A stretch of DNA of 64,000 bases from Candidatus Bathyarchaeia archaeon (GTDB taxonomy: Archaea > Thermoproteota > Bathyarchaeia > Bathyarchaeales > Bathycorpusculaceae). The stretch lies in the NCBI GenBank assembly GCA_049521795.1, contig JBEKOM010000001.1, positions 384,001-448,000 on the forward strand, given 5' to 3'. The position numbers were made by a program, and so were the translations under genes. Under the pieces are notes generated by a model. The model was not told the origin of the DNA. It ran no database searches and saw only the letters and a list, made by a program, of their open reading frames with translations. Of this stretch, positions 18,245-28,230 are shown piece after piece (position 1 is the first letter of the stretch; each line of letters opens with the position of its first letter).

Positions 18245-19612
18245 TTGCCGATTCTCCCGATTGATACAGGTCGTTACGGAACAGCGGAAATGAGGAGAAT
18301 TTTCGAAGAAGAGACTCGCGTGCAAAAAATGCTCGATGTTGAAGCCGCTCTGGCGTGGGCGCACGCTGAGGTCGGTGACATACCGCGAGAGGACGCCGAG
18401 AAGATTGAGGCGACTGCTTCGCTGAAACATGTGAAACTTACCCGCATCAAGGAGATTGAACATGAAATAAAGCATGATGTCGCTTCGCTCGTCAGAGCTT
18501 TGGCAGAGGCCTGCGGTTCAAGCGGAGCGTATGTTCACCTTGGAGCCACGAGCTACGACATCGTGGACACGGCGAACGCTTTGCAGTTGAAGGCCGCTCT
18601 GGAATTGATCGAGAAAAAAGTGGACAGCTTCGAAAAAACGTTGATCGACAAGACTTTGCAGTACAAGCACACGTTGATGATGGGCCGGACACACGGCCAG
18701 CACGCTTTGCCGATAACCTTGGGTTTCAAGTTCGCGGTTTGGACGCGGGAAGTTTCAAGGCATATACAGAGACTTAGAGAGTGCAGTGGGCGCGTTTTGG
18801 TTGGAAAGATGAGCGGTGCCGTGGGCACGCAGGCCGGTCTGGGGGAGCACGCGATGAAGATTCAGGAGCTTGTCATGCAGAAGCTGGGCATGAATACCGC
18901 CGACATTTCAACGCAGATTGTGCAGCGAGATCGTTATGCTGAACTTGCATGCGTGTTGGCTTTGATTGCATCTTCGCTCGAGAATTTTGCCTCCGAAATT
19001 CGAGAGTTGCAGAGGCCCGAGATCGGTGAACTCTCTGAGTATTTCGAGCCTGAGAAGCAGGTTGGAAGTTCGACGATGTCTCAAAAGCGAAACCCCGAGC
19101 TGTGTGAAAGAGTCTGCGGCTTGGCTCGAATCGTGAGAAGCCTCGTGGCGCCAGCTTTGGAAGACGTTACAACTTGGCATGAACGAGACTTGACTCAATC
19201 ATCCACTGAACGTTTTCTTCTTCCAGAGACGTGTATCTTGACTGACTACCTGCTGTTCTTGATGAATAACATAGTGAGCAGCTTGCGGGTTGACGAGGAA
19301 CGCATGCTCAAGAACATGGAGGTAACTCAGGGGCGCTTCATGTCGGAGGCCATCATGATGGCGCTTACAAGAAAGGGTATGAGTCGACAAGCAGCTCATG
19401 AGCTTCTCAGGAAACTGACCATAAAAAGCGAGCTTCAAAACCGAGGTTTCCGGGAAGTTCTTCTCGAAGACTCTGCAGTAAGTCAGAAGCTGGGAAAGAG
19501 AGGGATCGACGCAGCCTTGAACCCGAAGAACTACTTGGGCACGGCGACGAGGCAAGTTGACCTTATGGTCAAGAAGACGAAGAATGAGCGTAAGAGCAGA
19601 GGCCAGGCATGA
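18245..19612 (+). CDS. purB: Adenylosuccinate lyase
   Basis: KHDV, VHLGATSYD, GRTHGQHA, GSSTMSQKRNP, HERDL. Confidence 0.95.
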   Translation: MPILPIDTGRYGTAEMRRIFEEETRVQKMLDVEAALAWAHAEVGDIPREDAEKIEATASLKHVKLTRIKEIEHEIKHDVASLVRALAEACGSSGAYVHLGATSYDIVDTANALQLKAALELIEKKVDSFEKTLIDKTLQYKHTLMMGRTHGQHALPITLGFKFAVWTREVSRHIQRLRECSGRVLVGKMSGAVGTQAGLGEHAMKIQELVMQKLGMNTADISTQIVQRDRYAELACVLALIASSLENFASEIRELQRPEIGELSEYFEPEKQVGSSTMSQKRNPELCERVCGLARIVRSLVAPALEDVTTWHERDLTQSSTERFLLPETCILTDYLLFLMNNIVSSLRVDEERMLKNMEVTQGRFMSEAIMMALTRKGMSRQAAHELLRKLTIKSELQNRGFREVLLEDSAVSQKLGKRGIDAALNPKNYLGTATRQVDLMVKKTKNERKSRGQA

Positions 19613-19835
19613 GTAAGTACTCGTATGACGCTCGTTGACTTATCCCTAAATTCGCCAAAAATGCGAAACTGAAAGCATATACATTTTGCATATACAGTCG
19701 ACGAGCATCGTTGAAAACGGTGAGGTTGTTCAGGTTGGATGCGGAGCCGTATGGCCGGTTCAAGTGGGCACGCATAATAAAGGGACGAGGCAGCGAGCGA
19801 AAACGAAGGAACAGTACTCAGGAGAGCCGCGGTTG

Positions 19836-22100
19836 CTAGTATTCAGTGAGCGCTTTCTGTTTCCATTCGTCTTCTCTTTCGAGCTTTTCCCATGTTTCTT
19901 TTTTCACGAAGCCGCCGACCTGCTCCTTTATCTTCTTAGCCAGCCTGGGTCCGATGAGCGGCAGGTTTTGAAGTTCGTCAATCGGGACGCGTTTGATGTC
20001 ATCAATCGTTTTATACCCAGAGTTGAAGAGGGTGCGGCCGCGGACTCTTCCGACTCCTTCAAGCTTCACAAGCGGCAGCAGCTCTTTCTTAACTCCTTTT
20101 TCAACTCTCTGCTGAGTTTCAAGAGTTTGCGGTAAAGCCTGTTTGTTGCCGAATAGAAGAGCCAGCTCATGTGTGGCGTGAAGTAGCCACTTCGCATTTT
20201 CAAGCGTTCTGTAGAGGTCGCCGGGCTGCACCTTGAAATTTTCGATCAGCCAATCTTCGCTCGTCTCTTCGATCCATGCTTTAAGTGTCATGGCCGTTTT
20301 GACTTCGCCGAGAAATTCTTCGTAGGATATTCTGTCTTCCCATTCGTCTGGAGGGGGTGTAAGGAACTCTTCCTTGTGTTCCTCCATGAACAGTATCACT
20401 TGGTCCATTTCGCTCGTGTAGGGTCTCAGCACGGGGCCCATGTCAGGCGTGTGAGAGATCATGTGCAGGAGGCTCACGTCTGTCAGGAATGCGGGTTTTT
20501 TATTCAGTGCATCGCGGATTATGACGGCTGAGACTGGGTCTATGTAGAGTTCGCTGACGCGTTTTCCAAACTTTGTTGCGTTGATGTTTTCAGCGAGGAC
20601 TTCGATCATCTCCTCGTCGTACAGGTACTTGAGGATCTTCGCGATTATGCTCTTGATCGCGTCTATGTCGTACTGGTAAGCGTAGAAGGTCTTGCCGAAG
20701 AACTCGTAGATTCCGTTTTCCGTGTGTGCGAAGTCTGCGGCGATCGTTGCGAGCACGTGAGACCGCATTATCCTCTCAACTGCGAGCCGTGACCAAATGC
20801 GCTCTGGTTTTGCGAGGATGTAGCTTTCAATAAGATAGTCTGCTTCGTCGCTGGTCTTGGCTACGAGTATGGCTTCACCTGTCTTGTCGTATTTTGGTCT
20901 TCCAGCTCTGCCAGCCATCTGTTTATACTCTAACACGCTGATTGGGTAGTAGCCGTACCCGGCCTCATAGCGTCTGTAATCTTGGACGATAACCGTTCTG
21001 GCAGGAAGGTTCACGCCGAAGGCGAGCGTTGGCGTAGCCGTCAGCACCTTTATTTTTCCCTCTCGAAAAGAATCTTCTACTATTCTTCGATGTCCACCAG
21101 CTAGGCCCGCGTGGTGAAACGCCGTACCACACCTGACCAGTTCGGCGAGGGATTCGCCGAGCCTTGTTCTCTCTCCCGTCGACATGATTCTTTCTGCTTC
21201 GTGTTCTAGAGAACGTCTTGCGGGTTTAGATAGGACTCCGACAACTTCACTCGCCATCTTCTTAGCAAGTATCACCGCATTTTTCCGCGTTGCCGCGAAG
21301 ACCAAAGCTTGGCCTCCTGTCTTGATAGTGTTCAGTGCCAAGTTTGTGACGGCATCTCTTGCTCTCTTTTCTATTTTCCTGGCGTCGCCGTCTTTGTACT
21401 GAATCTCCTCGTGGAGCAAGACTCCTTCCTTTAAAGTTACGGGGCGCCACTCAGTAGTGACGTGCTGTGCCTTGAGCCATCCTGCGATTTCATCCACGTT
21501 GTTTATCGTTGCGCTCAAGGCTAAGATTTGAACATCTGGGTTGACCTGCATGAGCCTCGCTAAGACAACTTCGAGAGTTGGCCCTCGCTCAGCTTCATTT
21601 AGCAGGTGCACTTCGTCGGCGACCACGAGACTGATTTCGTCCATCCACTTGGCCCTGTGTCTCAGAAGCGAGTCTGCCTTCTCGTTCGTGGTTATGATTA
21701 TGTCATACCTCTCCAGCCATTGGTCTGTGCTGTCAAAGTCGCCCGTGCTTATGCCTATTCTGACTCTTCTTCCATCTTTCTTCGTGATCGTCGCGTATTT
21801 TCTGAATTCATCGAACTTTTCACTCGCCAAAGCTCTAAGCGGCGTCAGGTAGATGGTCTTCCCATTCTTCTCCAAGAGGTGTTTGAGGGCGCAAAACTCG
21901 GCGACGAGAGTTTTTCCAGAAGCCGTCGGGCTTGCTAGAACGAGGTTTTTTCCTTCAAGAGCTCCGGCTCTTATGGCTTCTTCCTGCGGAGGGTAAAGTT
22001 CAACGATTCCAGACCTGATTACGAGTTCTTTAACGGTTTCTGGTATGGGTAAGTCCGTTACCTTCACTCTGATGCGCCTATGTTTTCTGTTAGACACCAT
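19836..22100 (-). CDS. hel308: Ski2-like SF2 DNA helicase Hel308/Hjm
   Basis: PTASGKT, DEVH, LSAT, FHHAGL, GVNLPAR, QMAGRAGRP, C-terminal HhH. True start may be GTG 22067. Confidence 0.93.
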   Translation of the reverse strand: MVSNRKHRRIRVKVTDLPIPETVKELVIRSGIVELYPPQEEAIRAGALEGKNLVLASPTASGKTLVAEFCALKHLLEKNGKTIYLTPLRALASEKFDEFRKYATITKKDGRRVRIGISTGDFDSTDQWLERYDIIITTNEKADSLLRHRAKWMDEISLVVADEVHLLNEAERGPTLEVVLARLMQVNPDVQILALSATINNVDEIAGWLKAQHVTTEWRPVTLKEGVLLHEEIQYKDGDARKIEKRARDAVTNLALNTIKTGGQALVFAATRKNAVILAKKMASEVVGVLSKPARRSLEHEAERIMSTGERTRLGESLAELVRCGTAFHHAGLAGGHRRIVEDSFREGKIKVLTATPTLAFGVNLPARTVIVQDYRRYEAGYGYYPISVLEYKQMAGRAGRPKYDKTGEAILVAKTSDEADYLIESYILAKPERIWSRLAVERIMRSHVLATIAADFAHTENGIYEFFGKTFYAYQYDIDAIKSIIAKILKYLYDEEMIEVLAENINATKFGKRVSELYIDPVSAVIIRDALNKKPAFLTDVSLLHMISHTPDMGPVLRPYTSEMDQVILFMEEHKEEFLTPPPDEWEDRISYEEFLGEVKTAMTLKAWIEETSEDWLIENFKVQPGDLYRTLENAKWLLHATHELALLFGNKQALPQTLETQQRVEKGVKKELLPLVKLEGVGRVRGRTLFNSGYKTIDDIKRVPIDELQNLPLIGPRLAKKIKEQVGGFVKKETWEKLEREDEWKQKALTEY

Positions 22101-22216
22101 TAGCGCTGGGATAGTTTAAAGCGTTGTGTGCGGAGCGATTTCTCTTCTGGGTTACGCTTTTCTATCAGGACCAGTGAATACTAGAAGGTGACCACGAAGG
22201 AAGAGCTGAGCAGCGT

Positions 22217-23440
22217 ATGGTTGAAAACGTTAAGGAACTGTTGAAGGCACACAAGGGGCTGAAACGTGAAGTGTACTTGGACATCGAGAACTCAAGCGCC
22301 GTCCCAACGGATGTCGTTGACGCGATGGTGCCGTATTACGGCCGACTTGCCTATGGAAACCCCACTTTGACGCACAAGCCGGGCTGGGAAGCGTTCGAAA
22401 CGATAATGGAATCGTCGCAGAAGATAGCGTCCTTCCTCAAGTGCAAGAGTGCGGAGGAGGTGAACTTCACGCCAGGAGAAACCGAAGCCAACAACTTGGC
22501 AATAATGGGAACCGCCCTTGCAATCAGGGAAAAAGCCAGGAAGATCGTGGTTTCAGAAGTCGAGCCCATAAACGTCTTGCACGTTGTTGAGATGCTTCAG
22601 AAAAGCGGTTTCACGGCAACGAAGATTCCAGTTGACACTGAAGGCTTCTTTAACCTTGACAGACTAGGCGAAGCCATCGACCACGAAACTGCCCTCGTGA
22701 GCTTGTCGACGGTGAACCATGAGATAGGCACAGTTCAACCGATAAAGGAGGCAGTGGAGATAGTTAGTGACAAGAACAAGGAAACCGTCTTTCACACGGA
22801 CGCTTCGGACGCGTACGGCAAAGTCCCGTTCGACGTGCGAGACCTAGGCGTTGACATGGCGACGGTCAGCAGCTACAAGATTTTGGGACCGAGAGGAATG
22901 GGCTGCCTGTACGTGAAGGAAGGCGTTGAATTGGAAAGAATCTTGGAAGGGCAGATAGGAACGCAGAGGCTCTGGCCTGGAGTAGAGAATACGCCTTTGA
23001 TCGTCGGTTTCACGAGGGCGTCTGAGCTTATTTTCCAAGATTTTGAAGAGACCGTTGGGAGAATAGAGAAGCTTCGGGACAAGCTTATCGACGGCATAAG
23101 AAGCAGAGTGGCGGACATCGAGCTTAACGGTCCCGTTGGAGCGAGGCGGGCTCCTGACAACGCGAACATAAGCTTCCTAAGATGCGAGGGAGAAGCTCTG
23201 ACGATAGAGCTTAGTCTCAGCGGCGTCTACGTTTCAAGCGGAAGCGCCTGCTCAAGAAGGCTGCTGCAGCCCAGCCACGTTCTGGTTGCGATAGGCAGAA
23301 AGTTCGACCAAGCTCACGGTAGCCTACTGATGAAGGTTTCAAGGGTTCACACCGAGGAAGACATAAATTATGCCTTGGAAGTAATTCCCAAGGCTGTTGA
23401 TCGAATAAGAGGCATAACCGGTTCTACAGGAGCTGAATAG
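22217..23440 (+). CDS. IscS/NifS-type cysteine desulfurase homolog with atypical PLP-site residues
   Basis: VNHEIGT, HTDA, SSYKILGPRG, SSGSACS. The canonical EH motif reads EP. Confidence 0.85.
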   Translation: MVENVKELLKAHKGLKREVYLDIENSSAVPTDVVDAMVPYYGRLAYGNPTLTHKPGWEAFETIMESSQKIASFLKCKSAEEVNFTPGETEANNLAIMGTALAIREKARKIVVSEVEPINVLHVVEMLQKSGFTATKIPVDTEGFFNLDRLGEAIDHETALVSLSTVNHEIGTVQPIKEAVEIVSDKNKETVFHTDASDAYGKVPFDVRDLGVDMATVSSYKILGPRGMGCLYVKEGVELERILEGQIGTQRLWPGVENTPLIVGFTRASELIFQDFEETVGRIEKLRDKLIDGIRSRVADIELNGPVGARRAPDNANISFLRCEGEALTIELSLSGVYVSSGSACSRRLLQPSHVLVAIGRKFDQAHGSLLMKVSRVHTEEDINYALEVIPKAVDRIRGITGSTGAE

Positions 23441-23441
23441 A

Positions 23442-23942
23442 TTGTCCCGTGCCCCTTTGCCGTACAACCCGAAGATACTAGAGTTGTTCAAGAACCCGAA
23501 GAACCTCGGGAAAATGGAGGACGCCAGCATATCAGCCGTTGCAGGAAACCCCATGTGTGGAGACATGATAACCTTCTACCTGAAAATCAGCGACGAAGGC
23601 GTAATAGAGAAGGCATCTTTCGAGAGCTACGGCTGCGCAGCGAACATAGCCACGTCGAGCATAGTCACCGAGATGATCAAAGGCATGAAGCTTGAAGACG
23701 CGTGGAAAGTGTCCTACAAGAGCGTGGCAGAAGCCGTAGGCGGGTTGCCGACAGTCAAGTTTCACTGCGGCATCTTAGCCGTGGGAGCCTTGAAGAGAGC
23801 GTTAAGGAAATACTTCGAGAAGATAGGGGCTTCACCGAGCTGGTTGCAGAAAGAGCCGAGCTTCGAGGAAAAACAGGCTCTAGAAGAGGAACAACTTGCA
23901 AAGATGCTTGAGAAAAGAATGAAAGCGGCAGAAGGAAAATAA
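23442..23942 (+). CDS. iscU: IscU/NifU-type Fe-S scaffold
   Basis: F.NPKNLG, GNPMCGD, SYGCAA, KFHC; extra charged C-terminal tail. Confidence 0.92.
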   Translation: MSRAPLPYNPKILELFKNPKNLGKMEDASISAVAGNPMCGDMITFYLKISDEGVIEKASFESYGCAANIATSSIVTEMIKGMKLEDAWKVSYKSVAEAVGGLPTVKFHCGILAVGALKRALRKYFEKIGASPSWLQKEPSFEEKQALEEEQLAKMLEKRMKAAEGK

Positions 23943-25180
23943 TGTTAGACCCCCACGAGGTTCGGAAAGATTTTCCAATTCTCAAACGCGAGATAAACGA
24001 TCACCCCCTCATCTACTTCGACAACGCAGCTACCACACAGAAGCCGAGACAAGTGATCGACGCCATCGAGAATTTTTACGAAAACCACAACGGCCCCGTT
24101 CACAGAGCCGTATACACTCTCTCTCAGGAGGCTTCTGAAACCTATGAAAACGCCCACGAAGAAGTTGCCAACTTCATAAACGCAAAAGGGATGGAAGAGA
24201 TAATCTTCGTCAGAGGCACAACTGAGGCCATAAACCTGGTTGCCTACGCTTGGGGACTTCGGAACCTGAAAAGAGACGATGAGATTGTCCTTTCTTTGAT
24301 GGAGCACCACAGCGACATAGTTCCCTGGGAGATAATCTCGAAGATTAAAGGGTTCAAGATCAGATATATCGAAGTGAACAGCGACGGAACGTTGAACCAC
24401 GAGTCTTTTGAACGACTCGTCTCCCAAAAGACCAAGATGGTCTGCCTATGTCACGTTTCAAACGTAACAGGGATAATAAACGATGTGAAGAGAATCGCGA
24501 AAACAGCGCATGAGCACGGAGCCCTCATGCTGGTGGACGGGGCTCAGTCTGTTCCACACATGCCGGTGAACGTTAAAGATTTGGACGCAGATTTTGTTGC
24601 CTTCTCAGGCCACAAGATGCTTGGACCAACAGGCATCGGAGTCCTCTACGGGAAACGTGAGGTCCTTGAGAAGCTGGAACCCTTTCAAGGCGGGGGCTCG
24701 ATGATAAGGGAGGTTTCCTTCAACAAAAAAACAAAGAGCTGCTCAATAACTTGGAACGCTTTGCCCTGGAAGTTTGAAGCGGGAACACCGAACGTCGGCG
24801 GAGCCGTTGGACTCCTGGAAGCTGTGAGATACCTCAAAGGGATCGGCATGGAGAACGTGAAGAAGCATGAAGAAACGTTAACAAAGTATGCTCTACCTCG
24901 AATGCAAGATTGCTGCAGGGAGCTCGAAGTCTACGGAACCAAAGAAGCATCCAGCAAGTGCGGAATAATTCCGTTCGGCGTCAAGGGTCTAAGCTCGCAT
25001 GATATTGCCTTGTTCCTCGACAACTACGGCATAATGGTGAGAAGCGGTTTTCACTGCGCCCAACCCTTGCACGAACTTTTCAAAATAAACTCGTCAGCAA
25101 GAGTGAGCTTCTACATCTACAACACACGCGAAGAAATTGACACGTTCATAGAAGTCTTGAAGGAGATCGTTCAGTTCTAA
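23942..25180 (+). CDS. sufS: SufS-type (group II) cysteine desulfurase
   Basis: YFDNAATTQKP, MEHHS, DGAQSVPH, FSGHKMLGPTGIG, FEAGTP, RSGFHCAQP. Confidence 0.93.
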   Translation: MLDPHEVRKDFPILKREINDHPLIYFDNAATTQKPRQVIDAIENFYENHNGPVHRAVYTLSQEASETYENAHEEVANFINAKGMEEIIFVRGTTEAINLVAYAWGLRNLKRDDEIVLSLMEHHSDIVPWEIISKIKGFKIRYIEVNSDGTLNHESFERLVSQKTKMVCLCHVSNVTGIINDVKRIAKTAHEHGALMLVDGAQSVPHMPVNVKDLDADFVAFSGHKMLGPTGIGVLYGKREVLEKLEPFQGGGSMIREVSFNKKTKSCSITWNALPWKFEAGTPNVGGAVGLLEAVRYLKGIGMENVKKHEETLTKYALPRMQDCCRELEVYGTKEASSKCGIIPFGVKGLSSHDIALFLDNYGIMVRSGFHCAQPLHELFKINSSARVSFYIYNTREEIDTFIEVLKEIVQF

Positions 25181-25449
25181 TGGCCAGTTTAGAGGACTAC
25201 GTCGCTAGGGTTGAGGGCACGTGCGGAAAGGAAAAAGACGTCATAGTCATGTTCAAGTATGAGAAGAAGGATGAAGCAGTCCAGAAAATTCTGAGGAAAG
25301 CCACGGTGAAGAAGTCCATCGCTGGAATAGTCTTCGAGCTGGCTTTCAGAAACTACTCTTTTCGGCTTTACGGGAGCGGCAAGGCCATTGTTAGAGGTTT
25401 AGAGAACAAGGAAGAGTTAAACGCCCTTCTGTCTGCGTTACTTCTGTGA
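25180..25449 (+). CDS. Small protein resembling the C-terminal domain of ThiF/MoeB-type E1 enzymes
   Basis: TAATG coupling to sufS; GTCGK and FRLYGSGKAIVRG motifs. Family call is by eye only. Confidence 0.6.
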   Translation: MASLEDYVARVEGTCGKEKDVIVMFKYEKKDEAVQKILRKATVKKSIAGIVFELAFRNYSFRLYGSGKAIVRGLENKEELNALLSALLL

Positions 25450-25468
25450 CACGGGGCGACGGAGCAGT

Positions 25469-27004
25469 TCACCGCGTGCTGCTGGGTTTCTTCATCCTAC
25501 TCCCGATCCCATGAAACAGTGTGCGCGCAAGGTTTCTGGTTTCTTTGTCAAGTGCCAGCACCAACCCAAAGTACACGCCCGCGCCGACTATTGTGAGGAC
25601 AAGCGTGGTTGTCCTTCTTTCAGGGTGGGCCGCAAACAGGGCCAAGGCCATGATGGCTGATGACACGGTGAATTTTCCGATGCTTCGCCATGGAATGTTG
25701 ATCCTGACTGCTTTGCTCAGAACCCTGTAGACCACCAGGAGCATCGCGAAGTGTCCTATTGCGTTTATTCCGACTAGGTAGCCTGCTACCAGCAGAGGGT
25801 CGCCTCTTGCTAAGTAGGTCAGGGCGTAGAAGGCTGCTGGCAGAGTTATGGCCGAGTGCACGTATGGAAGGGAGAAGGAGATGAACAATCGGCTTCTCGT
25901 GACCTGCTTGAACGGTATCTCCGATTTTTCGTCCACTTTTTCGATGCCGTAGAGCACAGAGGTGAATAGTGACGAAAACACCGAAATGAGGGCGTCGATC
26001 GCCAATATCGTTAGAACTGGTGCGGCGACTACGTACTCTCCATCCTGTTTCAAGAAGAGAAGATATGAGCCAGGTATGGTTATGACTGCAGCAGTCATGG
26101 GAATCGCAAACATCAGCACCAGTTTCATTGAGCCGGTCGCTATGTCTACCCTGTTCTCTGCCAAGATTTTGGGGTACAAAGCGAAGGCCAAAAAAGTGGT
26201 GTAGATAATCATGTTAGTGATTTGTGTGCTGGCGACATAATAGCTGGTCCCTATTGTGGATTGAGCGAGCAAGATGAAAAGGATCGAAGCAATTCTGTCT
26301 CCTATGATGGTATATACGTTAAACGTCGAGCCCTTTAACCACTCTTTTACGTAGCCAAGCTGAAGTTTTTGTTGAAGTTCCTTCAGTATGGTTTTAAAAT
26401 AGAATCCTGTTTTGATGGCAAATCCTATAACGACGCTGAGCATTACCCCCAAAACACCTAGCTGAAGTTGCAGCACAAAAATGTAAGTGAACACAGCCTG
26501 AGTCACATCTCCAATCAGCGAACCATACCCCACAAAGTGCGGTCTCTCAGCCTGCAAGCAAGCTTCCAGAACAGCGATAAGATAAGCTTCGATCACCTGT
26601 GCCGCTGTTACGACGTACACCACTACATAGCTTTCCAGCCTGAAAGAAGGGACTATGATCGGGAGCATTGCTAGGTAAGCAAGTGTGGCTACTATGGCTA
26701 TGGCGGTGTTTGCGGCGATCCCCGTCTTTGTTGCTCCCGGCTTGTCTCTAGCGACAAAACGCATTGCCCAGAAGGAGATTGCCCCAGAAAGCAGGGTGAA
26801 GTAAGGGACTATGAAGTTGAAGACGCCGTAGACTCCAAGTTCTTTTTGAGACAGATAGTTTGCTATCATAAGAGCAGAGGCAATGCTGACTGCAATGGAA
26901 ATCAGCTTAGTTGCAAAAATTATGGCTCCCGAGTAGTGGGTTCTGATCGGTTCTTTCGGCAAGCAGTCACCTTTGCTGGGTTCAAGGATAGATTGTTCTG
27001 GCAA
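25469..27004 (-). CDS. Oligosaccharide flippase (Wzx/MOP-like)
   Basis: About 13-14 hydrophobic segments; located at the edge of the glycan locus. Confidence 0.75.
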   Translation of the reverse strand: MPEQSILEPSKGDCLPKEPIRTHYSGAIIFATKLISIAVSIASALMIANYLSQKELGVYGVFNFIVPYFTLLSGAISFWAMRFVARDKPGATKTGIAANTAIAIVATLAYLAMLPIIVPSFRLESYVVVYVVTAAQVIEAYLIAVLEACLQAERPHFVGYGSLIGDVTQAVFTYIFVLQLQLGVLGVMLSVVIGFAIKTGFYFKTILKELQQKLQLGYVKEWLKGSTFNVYTIIGDRIASILFILLAQSTIGTSYYVASTQITNMIIYTTFLAFALYPKILAENRVDIATGSMKLVLMFAIPMTAAVITIPGSYLLFLKQDGEYVVAAPVLTILAIDALISVFSSLFTSVLYGIEKVDEKSEIPFKQVTRSRLFISFSLPYVHSAITLPAAFYALTYLARGDPLLVAGYLVGINAIGHFAMLLVVYRVLSKAVRINIPWRSIGKFTVSSAIMALALFAAHPERRTTTLVLTIVGAGVYFGLVLALDKETRNLARTLFHGIGSRMKKPSSTR

Positions 27005-27409
27005 ATTATCTGTTGCGGTTCCAGATTATAAAGGGACGGCTTTCAATTCGGATAAATATGAGAAATTGGTCAGGTGTTGTTAGATGTTTCTGACGGGCGC
27101 GCGGTGGGTGGATGACATCTTGATTTGCCGATGTATCCGAGAGGGCGCCTTTGGTGTGGGCCGCTACTCGTTCCACATAACGACTGCCCAAGTGAAGGGG
27201 CCAATCGTCTCCTTTAATATGGATTGCGCGATGGGCAGGGAATACTTTTTGGTCTCCGCGCGTCTGTGCGCATGATCCTCATGCGTTTCCAGCGTATCTT
27301 CTTCTGCAAACGTATGCACTCCAAGCCTTGGCCATAAAGGGTTTGCGGGAGATCCGCAATGGATAAAAAGGCTTGGTAATAATGAAAGATACCGATTGGA
27401 CGTGAATAA

Positions 27410-27655
27410 ATGAAAGATAGGTACAGATATTTGGCGATGCTTATAGTTGTAATGTTGCCTATGATAATAGGCTTTGCATATGCCCTTCTTTTTGAACAGA
27501 ATATTGCAGTAAACACTGGCTACGTAAACGATGTACCTACATACGAATATGGCAGACCAGGCGAATATTTAGGCGTATTTCTAGAGATACCATGGCTAAT
27601 CTTTGCAGTGATTGTTCTGTCCCCTATAATAATTGGCAAACTCCCTGAAAAATAG
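27410..27655 (+). CDS. Small 2-TM membrane protein, hypothetical
   Basis: ATG start, two hydrophobic helices; locally AT-rich. Confidence 0.6.
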   Translation: MKDRYRYLAMLIVVMLPMIIGFAYALLFEQNIAVNTGYVNDVPTYEYGRPGEYLGVFLEIPWLIFAVIVLSPIIIGKLPEK

Positions 27656-28230
27656 GGTGAAATGCCGAGATAGTTTGAGTGTAACGCGCTGCGAACGTTT
27701 TGACGAAATCAAAGAGAAGACGGAACGCGCGATCTTTCATACGCAATTCTTGCGCCATCAGTTATCCTTCATAAGAACAGTATTTGCCAAAGTGAAACGC
27801 GTGCACATAATCTTGAAAGTTGAAAAGGAGAACGAAAAACATGCAAACTCAAACCAAGTCTGATATAACGCCTAATAGAAGACCGCTTTCCAGACAAGAT
27901 TATGCTATAGCCAGGTGACGAAGCCGGAAATGAAAAAGCTGAGAAAATGGCCTGATGACAGGGGCTTCATAAAGGTTGTTTCTAACGAAAAGAACGGTCA
28001 ACTCTGCCTTTTGAACCGAACAAGAATTGATCGACGCAGCTGAGAATAACGATTGAAGAGAATTAGCACGTGCGCTTTAATTTGCCCTTTTTCTATTCTC
28101 ATTCTGTATTCTTTTATCCTCTTTAATGCGCATGCTTAAACCGTCGTAGAATCTTCAGTCTGATTTAGGCGTTTTCTACCTGAAATAGCCTCAGAAGGGC
28201 GCGCGCTTGAGATTATGCATGGCTAAGGTC

